Source: Azolla caroliniana (taxonomy: Eukaryota > Plantae > Polypodiophyta). Taken from it: a DNA stretch of 64,000 nt. Position numbers and translations under genes: made by a program. The stretch is from positions 8,990,001 to 9,054,000 of the forward strand of contig JBHGNT010000007.1 in NCBI GenBank assembly GCA_043228905.1, given 5' to 3'. Below the pieces are notes generated by a model that worked only from the letters and a program-made list of their open reading frames with translations, had not been told where the DNA came from and ran no database searches. Position 1 is the first letter of the stretch, and each line of letters opens with the position of its first letter. Shown in pieces: positions 39,430 through 51,314 of the stretch.

Positions 39430-42400
39430 CTATTGCTGCAGCACGAAAACGGTAAGGGCCAAACGGGCTACTACGAGGTGTTCCTTGGATGCAAAGAACA
39501 CCGGTATGCGGGTGAGCAGTGATGCACGATCTGGCCGGAAAGGGGCCGACAAGACGTGCAATGAACCGGAGCGCGGCACAAGCGGTGCCAAACAACGGAC
39601 GAGGGTATGTGGCACACTGGGGGTGTCAGAGCGGAAAGGCGAGCGCGGAGAACGTCGGAAAGGGATCCTCCACACCGTTCCGGAGACCATGGCGGTTCGA
39701 GCCGACGCGGCGATGTAAGACCATGGAGAAGGAAGGTGGCAACGGAAGGACGAAGGCGACGCGAAACACCATCGGGACATCACATTGGACAACGGAGGCC
39801 AAGCGGGCCACCACGGGCATGCCTCAAGCGGAAAACATCGGGCATACGACGGGAAGCGGGGCGTTCATACGGCCGAACGAGGGCCAACGGAAGAACGCGT
39901 ACTACGGAGATCACGGCCGAGGACCCATCGATGGGTCGAACGAGCCTACGGGGAGGCGAGCACGAAGGAAGACTCGAAGCCGACGGATCAAACCGGCAGC
40001 GAGCCGAGATGTGGATCACGGGAGATCGGTTTCTCACCGGCCGAAATCTCTCACCCTTCAACCAGATTGGCACGTACCGGTGGACGTGCAGTTAGGTGGG
40101 GGCGGATGTCGTGAAGAATTTCGGCCAAAGGCGGAAACCGGGAAACATTGGCTACATCGGCGGGGTGCAGCGTGTGTATGCACCCATGTACATTTAGTGT
40201 GAATATCGAGGGCGCCTTTATGGCGCCGAAGAGAGTCAAGTCGGGGCAGACGATCCCATGTAAGGCGGGATTTGTCCCACATTGTAACGCATCCCTCTCC
40301 TTGTACTATAAAAGGAAGGGATCATCCTTTGGAAAGGGGTTGCCCATTTTGCAATAGAGGGTATACCGTTAAGTTTAGAGTTAGGTTCTTCTTCTTCTCC
40401 TTCTTCGTGTTTCGCTTAGGGTTTGCTTTGGTTCGGCCTCCTGTGCAAGACCCCGCTCGGCGCGACGAGCCGAGAGCTCCCCGACGGCGGCTTGGCAACA
40501 GACGACTACTGTAACCTACCTCAGTCCGGCTCGAAGCCGGGGATGTATTCTTCTGTTTATACATATATATATATTTGCGTCTATATGTATATATTCGCGT
40601 CCATGTTCGTGTCGGGTGTTTCCCCTTTCTTGCGTTTCCTGTACATGAGGGCGCGAGGCGGGTCAGCATGTGTGTGTGTGCGTGAGTCGGTGTTAAGTGC
40701 TCTCTCCCTCTCTCCCCTCGGTTGCTTCCGGTGTGCTTCTGAGATGCCCCGGGAACGGTGAAGCCCGACTTCGTACGCTCCAACACTCCCTAGTCCAAGA
40801 CCCCCGTGGTCCCGCCCTTCTACACGCACGCGCGTAATAACGTGACAACGTGTGTCACTCGAACGGGACCGCTGGGGCCTTGGACCGGGGAGACAAAAGT
40901 AGTGAGGAAGTGGGAGATCAAGACAAAGACATGGGCAAATTATCCACAAGTTGGATTTAATACCACGATTTCAGTGGGTTTTTTTTTACATAGAATCCAT
41001 TTCATGATTAATAAAAAAACGGCTATGAATCAAAATGGGTTTTTGTTTTCTTTCGAATTGCTAAGCTTGACACCACAATCTCAGTGGTTTTTATAGTAAT
41101 CAGTTATGAAATAATCAAAGGCTAAGTCTAGTGGGCTTCGAGCTTGACTACTTGTGATGGCTATGTTGCCTCGATTCAAAGTAGCCCTCGTGCCACTACA
41201 ACCTCCCTTCCGCAACGGGCCACCAAGTTGACTACCACCGAGATGCCGAAGAAGTTGATGTATAAGGAATCCAAGCCCTAAAATATCTCGAGTAAGAAGT
41301 ATAATAGAGGCAAAACTCTTAAACCCTAAAATCTTAAGTCCTCTAGTATGTTGAGGAGAAAAGAAGAAAAGTAGAAAGAAGAAGCTCTCAAACCCTAACC
41401 GTAGAAGGAAAAGAAGAAGGAGAAAGGGATAAGGAGAAAGGGAGGCTACCAAGCCCTAACCCAAGAAGAAGAGGAGAAAATGAAACCCTAGTGCTACACC
41501 CCAAGAAGACAAAATGGGTGACCCCCAAATAAGCCTTATCCCTCCGCTCTTATAGAGGAAACAGGAGCTTATTTTAACATTACATGCTTTTATTTATTTA
41601 TTTCCTTTATCACAAAAATGGAAGGGGAGCAAAATATTCTTTGATTTGTAAGAAGAGAGACTCAAACTCCACACCTCTCTACATATACTTATAAGTCTTA
41701 ACCACTAAACTACTACAAGTTACTTATTATTTTATTTATTTATACATTATTTCATGAGATATGCGTGGAACCTTGGTTTCTCTCACATTGCACACGCTCT
41801 CGGCTCTTCTTCTACTCCTTCCGGCTGCTCCCATCCGGCTTCTACTGGTTGTTCCGATCCGACTGCTCTGTTATGTCTCTGTTCGGCTGCGCTGCTCCGG
41901 CCTTGGTTTCAAATGGTGGCTGATCCGGAGATTGTTCTTCATCACTAAGGTTGATTGCCGCCGTCATCCGCGTTGCCTCCTTTTCTTGACGCTCCTGTTC
42001 GAAGTTGGTCATCGTCTAATCGTTCCACCAGCCTTCTTTTGTCGATGCTCCCGTTCGAATCGCTCGAACCGGATCCCATCGTGGTCGCCAAAATATGTGT
42101 TACTCTTGGGCCGGACTTGCCTCTAACACAAGGTGTCCCTTCGGAACACTTCACCAAAGGGTGGTTACGGTAAGGGATTCAACACCAACAACCATAACCG
42201 ATTATCTTCCGGTTCGGTATCTGGATTCACAACACACATCAATTACACACGTAAGATCCATACATTGAGCACATAACGTAATAGGAAAATAAAGATCCAC
42301 AAGATACAATAACAAAACTTTCTTATATTAATATTTTGCCATCTAAATACATCGATACGCGGATCCTTTTATAGGCATCCGGTTCTGTGTTACAAAACAG

Positions 42401-42551
42401 TGCCTAACCGGCAACCAACTACGAATCGGTCCGGATCCGGATCGACATACCTATTCCGGATCCGTCTGTTCCTATAACTAATAATATTATTATATATCTG
42501 GAAACCGGCTCACCCCTTCCTCATTACATACTTGGCTGCCAACGGCCAATA

Positions 42552-43226
42552 GTTGCGTGATCTTTGTGTTCTAGGCGAGTGGGGCTTGCTTAAGTCCGTA
42601 TAGATACTTCTTTAGTTGAAAAATTACCGTTGTGTTCAATTTGGATAGAAATCCGGGGGGTTGTACCATGTACAACTGTTCATCAAGCTTGCCTTGTAGA
42701 CACACATTCTTTACATCCATCAAATGTAGATGCCACCCCTTCGCTGCCGCCACCAGCAGCAGCACCCGAACGATTGTCATCTTGGCAACTGGTGCGAATG
42801 TGTCGTCGTAGTCGATGTCGTGATGTTGTGCGAAGCCTTTGGCCACTAGTTGGGCATTGTATTGGTTGATGGAGCCGTCGGCGTTGTACTTCACCTTGTA
42901 CACCCACATGCACCTGATTGGCTTTACACCCTTGGGGGTGTCAGGCAGGTTCCATGTCTCATTCTCCGCCAATGCATGCATCTCTTCCTCCATGGTGGCA
43001 TGCAAATTTGCCTCCTTCGTTGCCTCTACATAGCTCTCCGGCTCACACACTTCCACCACCTTCGCCATATACGCATAGTGATGCGCCATATAGTCATTGT
43101 ATCCGTCCCCGATTACGTGGTTTTTCTAGTGGGTGGATCGGTGCAACTTCTAGTTCGTTGATTTCATGGCCCTCTTGGTCGATTCAAAACCCGTTTCCAG
43201 AGTTCCATCTTCACTCCTGGGCACGT
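42552..43226 (-). pseudogene. Old host copia, RT N-terminal segment
   Basis: MAHHYAYM...WVYKVK...YGLKQAP. Continues at 62973 across the acgt TSD. Confidence 0.88.
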
Positions 43227-44276
43227 TGTCGTGAAGAAAACCGTCCACAAGCGGAATCGGTGCGCCGGAGCATAGGAACCGGCTCTTCATGCACGTGCAC
43301 CTTGTGTTGTACATAGGAGAGAATTAGGGACATGGGAGATCCTAGGTAGGTAGATTCGGTTGGTAGGAAGTTAATAGGAAACGGCTCCTTCCTTGCCTAT
43401 AAAAGGAGGGAGACGAGGAGGGGAGAGGGATCGCGAAGTAAGAGAGGACGAAGTGTTGTCGGATTGTGGGCCAAAGGCTTCTCTCTCTTCCAAACTCCAT
43501 AGCTTCTTCTGTACAGGTTTCGGGAGGCTCGCGCTGCTCTGAGGAATGCCCGAGTGCTTCCGATAGCACCTCCAACCTACTCCTTTCTTTCTGTGCGTTT
43601 ACGAACAGGCATCGACATCTGTTCGCCGGCCTGTTCGGTTGTAACCGACTTCGTGTTCTTGTTGTTTGTCTTTGTTAATACATACATACATTCGTGTCTC
43701 TCTGTGTCGCTGTCCCACTCGCGTCTTTGTGTCGAAGGGCCGTGTCCCTGTGAATCTACGCTCGCACGTAGTGGGTGTCTTCTCCTTTCTCTCTTGCTCT
43801 TCGGTACAGGACCCCCGAGGTCCCGCCTCATTCCACGCATCCGCGAGGAATACCTCGACATCTTGGTGAACCCGACGTGAAAGAGGCGGCAGAAGAGCAG
43901 AAGATGAAAGGGTCGGATCTTGCGGAGGCCATGGCTTCGGCCGTGGATCAGATATTGAGCGTGTTAAGAAAACGTGAAGAAGGCACTCGGGCTCTTCTTA
44001 TGTGCGCGGCGGATCGTGGTGTGCTAGATCGTTTAGTGCTCAAACACAGAAGGGAAGGGGGAAGGAGACTTACCTCTGTAGCAGCCAAAAACTTCTTCTA
44101 TTTCATTATGCGCAGAGCTCTACTTGCTCTCGTTTGTTTCTCTCTCTTGCTCTAACTCTCTGAGTTCTTTCTCTCTATGCTCACTATCTCTCTCTCAGAG
44201 TTCTACTTCCTGTATATCTTCTTCTCTCTCTTTCTTACTCTCTTGCTTTCTACCTAAGTAATAAGTTACTTACGTA

Positions 44277-44420
44277 TGCAGCTAATTAGCTGCCTGTAGC
44301 TAATTAGCTGTCAGTCGCTAAATAGCTGTCAGTAGCTAAATAGCTGTCAGTCGCTAAATAGTTGTCAGTAGCTAATTAGCTGTTAGTAGCTAATTAGCTG
44401 TTTCTCCTATAGCTAATTCC
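44277..44420. repeat. 18-bp tandem array (tagctaa[t/a]tagctgtcag) in copia LTR U3; second copy at 48974-49100
   Basis: About 7 units per LTR with core AGCTAATTAGCT. Confidence 0.92.
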
Positions 44421-44521
44421 CAATAATTCACAAGTAGCTAAATAACTACTATAGCTTATTTCCCAATAAGCATCGCATACCATGTTGAGCTTGCTTCTCA
44501 ACACTCCCCGTCAAGCTCAAC

Positions 44522-47500
44522 TTATCCTTTCTTGGGGTTATCTACAACTCCTTTTTCATGATGCTTTTCAGCCATCATATCAATGTCTACAACTCCCATC
44601 ATGTTCCGAAACTGTGTATGCTTTTCCACACTCAATCCCTTTGTGAGAATATCAGCAACCTGCTGATTTGTATTCACATACACCAGATCAACTTCTCCTT
44701 CAATCACTTTTTCTCTAACAAAGTGATAATGCACTTCAATGTGCTTTGTTCTTGCATGGAACACTGGGTTTTTTTGCAAATGCGGCTTTGTTGGCTGTTG
44801 CATAAATTGGCTGACTAATCCAACTGCATAACTCAAATCAGGTCTTGTTATGGTCCAATAAATAAGGCTGCCCACCATAGACCTGTACATGTTTACATCT
44901 TCTATTTTGGCTCCCAAATCAGCCCTCAATTTACAGTTTTTATCTAGTGGTACTCCAATAGGTTTGCATCCAAGCATACCATACTTTTCAACATAGTTGT
45001 TGCATATTGTCTTTGCAACACACATATACCACTTTCAGATCTGATGATTTCAATACCCAAAAAATATCTCAGATCTCCCAAATCTTTCATATGAAATTTC
45101 ATTTCCAAATTCCTTTTCAGCTTACTTATCTCATCCATGAAATCACCTCCAATGATGAGATCATCAACATAAATCAGAATCACAACCATACAATCATCTT
45201 TCCTTTTAACATACAATGATGAATCAGCCTTTGACATTTTGAAGTCAAGTTTTTTCAGATAATCTGAAAGTTCTCTGTGCCATGTTCTTGGTGCCTGTTT
45301 CAATCCATAGAGAGCCTTTTTCAGCTTACATACATAATCTGGATGCTTCCTATCTTCAAAACCTGGTGGTTGACACATATACACTTCTTCTTCCAAGTTA
45401 CCATGTAAAAAGGCATTTTTTACATCCATATGATGAAGAAACCATCTTCTTGCTGCACCTACAGCCAGTAATGTCCTCAATGTTGCCATCTTTGCAACCG
45501 GTGCAAATGTCTCATCATAATCAATTCCTTGCATTTGGGCATATCCCTTTGCAACCAATCTTGCTTTATGTCTACTTACATTCCCACTGGAATCATGCTT
45601 TGTCTTGTAGACCCATTTGCAACCTACCACATTTTTTTCTTTTGGTAACTTCACCAAATCCCATGTTTTGTTTTCAGCCAATGCATCAATCTCTTCTTGC
45701 ATTGCGTCCACCCATTTCTTCTCAGTTTTAGCCTCATCAAAACTACTTGGATCAGGGATCTGTACCACCTTAGACATGTATGCATAATGCATAGCCATGT
45801 ATGTATCATAACCAAATCTTTCAACAGTTTTTTTCTCTCTATCTGATCCTCTCAGTTTCTGATTTGCATCCTTCAATGCTTTTTCCATACCAGGGATTTT
45901 CAATCCTCTTATACCAAGAAGATCATCCAATGACACATCTGAATCCTCATCTTCCATGTTTTTAGACAAGTCATCCAACATTTCATACTCTGGCATTTTC
46001 TGTTTTCCTTTTTTATCATCACATTTTTTGTGTCCTCCACTTTTTCCACTCCAAGAATTTGAATCAGATTTACCATCTGAGCTTTTTGATGGTCCAGAAC
46101 ATTCTGTTGATGTTGGACTTTGCTGTCCAACCTTGCTTCCATCTCTGTGGCAGTCTTCTACATTTTCAGATTTGTCTTTGTCTTCAATCTCATTGTCTTC
46201 ATCAGTCTCTGGATTCTGTTTTGGACTATACCAGCTGGCTAACTCATCAAAGATTACATCCCTACTTGTCACAATCTTCTTTGTTACAGGGTTATAGCAT
46301 CTATACCCTTTTTGTTCTTCTGAATAGCCAACAAAAATACATTTTTCTGCCTTTGGATCCAGCTTACTTCTTACTTCTGCAGGCACATGTACATATGCAA
46401 GGCATCCAAACACTTTTAAGTGTTCTAGACTAGGTTTCCTTCCATAGAAACACTCTTCAGGAGTTGCTTCATGTACTCCCGATGTTATACATCTATTTAG
46501 AATATAATTTGCTGTATTTACAGCTTCTGCCCAATAGTACAATGGCATATTCTTCTCTGTCATCAAAGCCTTTGCAATGTTCACCAATGTTCTGTTTTTC
46601 CTCTCAGCAACTCCATTTTGCTGTGGAGTATATCTACATGTGAACTGTCTTCTTATTCCCTGATTGCATAGAAAATCAGAAAATTCATTGGAGAAATACT
46701 CTCCTCCTCCATCAGATCTTAAACATTTTATTCTTGTACCTGCCTGCTTTTCTACCATGCATTTAAACTTACGAAAACATTCAAACACTTCACTTTTCTC
46801 TTTCATGAAGTACACCCATGTTTTCCTTGAGCAATCATCAATAAAAGTTACATAAAATCTGCAGCCACCGATAGATGCATTCTTAGTTGGTCCCCATACA
46901 TCCGTATGTACCAAATCCAACAAATTTTTACTTACATGTCTTTCATGAGGGAATGGCAACCTATTTTGCTTTCCATATTGACATGCTTCACATATCTTTC
47001 CCATTTCACAATTTTTCAGTTTTGGCAGTCCAGCCACTGCATCTTTTCTCAACATATTCTTTAGGGTTTGCATACTTATGTGGCCAATCCTTTTATGCCA
47101 CATTTCCACATCTGAGACTACACTCATTCCATTTGCAAACATAGCTGAAATCTGTCTAGGCATGTCAACATCCAAAATAAACATTCTTCCTTGTCGTTTT
47201 CCTTTTGCAATGAGCTTCCCATTCTTTTCTATATAGCATCCACTTTGCTTAAACTTTACTTGCATACCTTGCTCTACTATCTGTCCAACAGAAATCAGAT
47301 TCTTAGCAAGATTTGGAACATGCATTACATTCAACATATACTTAGTCTTTCCTTTTTCTTCCCACAATGGAATATCTCCAACATGTTCTATTTGGTGAGT
47401 ACTATTATCACCCGTCTGTACATAGCCAGGAATCTCTGGTTCTCTCAACCTTTCAAACCAGTTTGCATGTCCAGTCATATGGTTAGATGCCCCCGAGTCT

Positions 47501-48531
47501 ACATACCATGTAAACTCTTCATTACATTTCTGTGAGCTTTCAGCCACTGTTACTATCTCATGTTGTACCACAAATGCACCATCTTTTTCACAATCTTCAC
47601 TAGTTTGGGCATAGTTATTCTGCTGTCTCTTTCCTCTTTGCTCATCATTTTGCTTCTTGTAACATTCAGCCTGTGTGTGGCCTGGTTTTCCACAATACCA
47701 ACAGCCATCATCATTTACATATGTTTGCTTACCTCTACCTTGGTTGCTCCCCCTGCCTCTGTTGTTGTTTCTTCCTCTAATGGTTTGTTGTCCTCTTCCT
47801 TGATAACCATTATTGTGGGTTCTTGCTGAGCCAAATCTTCCATGGCCTCTTCCTCGGCCTCTTCCAGCACTATTATATAGGGCTTGCCCCTCATTCTCAA
47901 GATTTCCTTTATTTACATCATCCATCTAATTCCTTTCTTCTACTACAAGCATTGAAACCAAATCTGGAAAACTTGGGATACTATCCCTTGTAAGCATAGA
48001 GGTTTTAAAGCTTTTGTATTGAGGTCCCAAGCCTCTCAAGCATATTTCTACCTTATCATCATCTTCTATCTTTACATTGATAGAAGCAAGTGATTCACAT
48101 ATGCTCTTTATTTTCAAGGCATACTCATTTATTGACATCTTACCTTTTTCTAAGGTATTTAGCTCAGTCTTCAACTGTAGCTTTCTAGCTTTTGTGTTTA
48201 CTGCAAACAGTTTTACCAAACTGTCCCAAGCTTCTTTTGGGAGCATAGCATCCTGTATGTGCCCAAGCATCGAATCTGAGATGCTAAGTGAGAGCCAATG
48301 CATTACCTTCCTTGCCCCTTGATTCCAATCTTTGAATGCTTTAATCTGTGCTGCTGTGGCATTTTCTTCTGGGATCTCCGGAGCCTCTTCTAGGTCTCCT
48401 TCAATGTAATCCCAGTATCCTTTCCCCATTAGGAAATTTGTCATTCTAAATTTCCACGCCGGGAAATTGTTTTTATCTAGTTTCTCTGTAACTATTTGGC
48501 CCGCATTCTCTGCAGCCATTATCTCTTCCAA
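44522..48531 (-). pseudogene. copia gag-pol with one stop, one frameshift and an RT/RNase H deletion
   Basis: TAG at 47926. CCHC, VDSGAS, VHTDVWGP and IYVDDLII motifs. Frameshift near 45000. KPHLQ is fused directly to KNPVFHART. Confidence 0.93.
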
Positions 48532-50365
48532 ACTAGGTTTTCTGTTACAATTACTTCAACAAGTAACTTTCTGATTCAGATCAGCAAACAGAGAAATACC
48601 TTTCTCAGATCTATGCACTTTTGTACTCTTCTTTATGAGCAACTCTGCTCTGATACCATGTTAAGAAAACGTGAAGAAGGCACTCGGGCTCTTCTTATGT
48701 GCGCGGCGGATCGTGGTGTGCTAGATCGTTTAGTGCTCAAACACAGAAGGGAAGGGGGAAGGAGACTTACCTCTGTAGCAGCCAAAAACTTCTTCTATTT
48801 CATTATGCGCAGAGCTCTACTTGCTCTCGTTTGTTTCTCTCTCTTGCTCTCACTCTCTGAGTTCTTTCTCTCTATGCTCACTATCTCTCTCTCAGAGTTC
48901 TACTTCCTGTATATCTTCTTCTCTCTCTTTCTTACTCTCTTGCTTTCTACCTAAGTAATAAGTTACTTACGTATGCAGCTAATTAGCTGCCTGTAGCTAA
49001 TTAGCTGTCAGTCGCTAAATAGCTGTCAGTCGCTAAATAGCTGTCAGTAGCTAAATAGCTGTCAGTAGCTAATTAGCTGTCAGTAGCTAATTAGCTGTTT
49101 CTCCTTTATGTTCACAAGTAGCTAAATAACTACTATAGCTTATTTCCCAATAAGCATCGCATACCATGTTGAGCTTGCTTCTCAATAGAGCGCACGCGAG
49201 GGCTCCGGCGCCCTCGACAGAGCCATTGAGGCGGTCGTCGGTATGATTGGCCAGTTCAGCGGAAAGGATGCCACGAAGTATTTGGCGTCCTACGGGGCAG
49301 AAATGCTGATGCGGGACATTCAGGAAGAGAGGCGTCTTGCCGGGTTCCCTCGAGTGGCGATGCCGAGCATCCATGCGGAGGTGCTCGAGGTACGGGCGGA
49401 GAGCCGTACCTGGGAGGAGTTCGAAGGCCGACTCCTAGAGAAATACGGGCTGGACGACGCGCTCCGGCTTTCGAAACGGGACTTCATGGAATGGGTGGAG
49501 TTCCCCGGCAAGGGAAGAAACGAGTTCGAAGAACGCTTTGCGCGCCTTTCGGCGCTTGACCGGACCGTTCTGGATACGAGCCGGGTCCTACTGTTCGTCA
49601 AGTCGGTGGACGAGCGGGACCGGGATCAAGTCGGCTCCTTGCTGGAAACCGAAGACGGGCTGACGACCGACTGGGATATGGTTAAGAGAGTCTGTGGCCG
49701 TTTCGACAAACGGCGAGAATGGGCTGACAACGGGGCGGCTGGTGCGGGCTCTGTCACGGCAAGGAGGCTTGAACCGGCACCGCAAGGGCGAAGGGAAGAA
49801 ACCCGGGAATGGCTAAAAACCGGTCCGGCTTCGACCGGCATGGTTAGTGGCTCGTCCGGAGGAGCAGCGCTAGAGGAGTTGACACGGGCGATAAAGGATC
49901 TCCAGATCGCCCAGACTCGAAGGGAAGGCGGGGAACCGGCTCGTGACCGACGGCCGGTAGCAGGGAACAGGTGCATGTGGTGCGACGAGGTCGGCCACAT
50001 CCGGAAGGACTGCGGCGATTTCGCAAAAGCATTGAGGAACCGGGTGGAGTACCTGTGGGAAGGCCGGGTGCACGCCGGCGACACCAGAAGGGCCCTAAAC
50101 CGAAACGACGGGCGAGGAGGAATGAAGAGACTGATGGAAGAGGCAGCGGCCCGACACGTGGAGGCCATCCACTACTCGGTGTCGGCCGGCATTCGGGTCG
50201 GGGGCAGTGAGGCCCGAAAGGAGGGCAAAGACGGATTCTGGTCGGCAATGCTGGAAGGTCTTGCCGGCGCACGGCTAAGGAAAGATGAAACGGACCACGC
50301 TGAGAGACGGTGTCGTGAAGAATGTGCTTCACGATATAAAAATGAGCTTAAATGTTGTATTTAAT

Positions 50366-50572
50366 AATATTTGAGAGACTTGAACCCACATCCTTATATA
50401 CGATGTACAATGTACATACCACTAGGCTAGGCTATTTATTTGTAAAAGTGTATAATAAATGTGCTTCATGATATAAGAATGAAGCTATATATTGTATTAA
50501 GTAAAATTGAGGGACTTGAACCCTCAACCTTGTATATCAAGCACAAACCATACACCACTAAGCTAGGTTATT
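50366..50572 (-). promoter_or_regulatory. Two tandem tRNA-like A-box/B-box modules in the LTR (also 56932-57138)
   Basis: Minus strand TAGCCTAGTGG...GGTTCAAGTC and TAGCTTAGTGG...GAGGG-TTCAAGT-CCCTC, with anticodon-like arms and a 136-bp period. Confidence 0.7.
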
Positions 50573-50815
50573 TGTTTTAAGGTTATATCCATCATTATAC
50601 TTATCCCAATAAATGGGAGCTCAAATGAGCATGATGGCTATCATGCATCACATGCAATGCATGTGCGCCAAATGGCGATCATGCATCAGATGTAACTCAT
50701 GCATTACATGCATGACATTACCATATGCATGGAAATACTTATAAAAAGAGAGGAAAGGAAAACAAAAGGGAATCAAGGAATCAAGAGAGAGTAAAAAAAT
50801 AATACAATCAATTGA

Positions 50816-50890
50816 AGAAGACTAGCTCATTGGGTGGAGAACCTCTCGTTTCGAAGTTGAGGTTGAGGGTTCAAATCAAGGGTCGGTATT
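50816..50890 (+). promoter_or_regulatory. Third tRNA-like A/B-box module downstream of the LTR TATA box (also 57382-57456)
   Basis: TAGCTCATTGG at 50823-50833 and GGTTCAAATC at 50868-50877. Confidence 0.6.
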
Positions 50891-51078
50891 GAAAAGATTC
50901 ATCTTGCGATCAAGGATTGTAAAGTTGGTAAAATATTATATTTTTAATATACATTATGTTTATATCATATACTCTTGTTCTTTGAATCATACTTTGTCTC
51001 AATCTTCTTTCTAGAATCATACTTTGTCTCAATCTTCTTTCTTGAATCATACATTGTCTCTATCTTTTATCTATGCTC

Positions 51079-51140
<62 letters not shown>

Positions 51141-51314
51141 TACTTGTAACTCTTCATCTTACTATCCTTAACCATTCTATCATCACCATACAAGCCTTAT
51201 TAAACTTAAGTTTCTTCAACTCCCCTTAACCTTAGTCCCCGCGACTTCGCCGCACGAACCACAACTACCCCGACACATTTGGTGAACCCGACGTGAAGGC
51301 GGCGACGAGGAGAA

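Larger units (their letters stand above)
30419..40847 (+). mobile_element. Non-autonomous Ty3/gypsy (gag only), tRNA-Trp primed
   Basis: LTRs 30419-31146 and 40107-40847. PBS tggtgaacccgacgtga at 31151-31167. PPT at 40094-40106. TSD acgt/acgt. No pol motifs. Confidence 0.93.
27931..42551 (-). mobile_element. LTR element with tRNA-Arg-type PBS; internal coding region largely lost
   Basis: 454-bp LTRs 27931-28384 and 42098-42551. TSD gttgt/gttgc. Minus-strand PBS tggcgaccacgatggga at about 42074-42090. Confidence 0.85.
43962..49187 (-). mobile_element. Ty1/copia, AT-rich, young but defective
   Basis: LTRs 43962-44503 and 48659-49187. Perfect TSD gagcg. PBS at 48647-48658 (tRNA-iMet). PPT at 44504. 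Confidence 0.97.

Noticed and set aside
47923-47928. TAG immediately followed by ATG as programmed readthrough or reinitiation
   Set aside because: It lies upstream of the gag zinc knuckle, lacks a CARYYA-type context, and the copy has other lesions. A simple nonsense mutation is more likely.
50366-50890. Functional tRNA genes
   Set aside because: Acceptor stems do not pair and the D arms are degenerate; reported as promoter-like modules instead.
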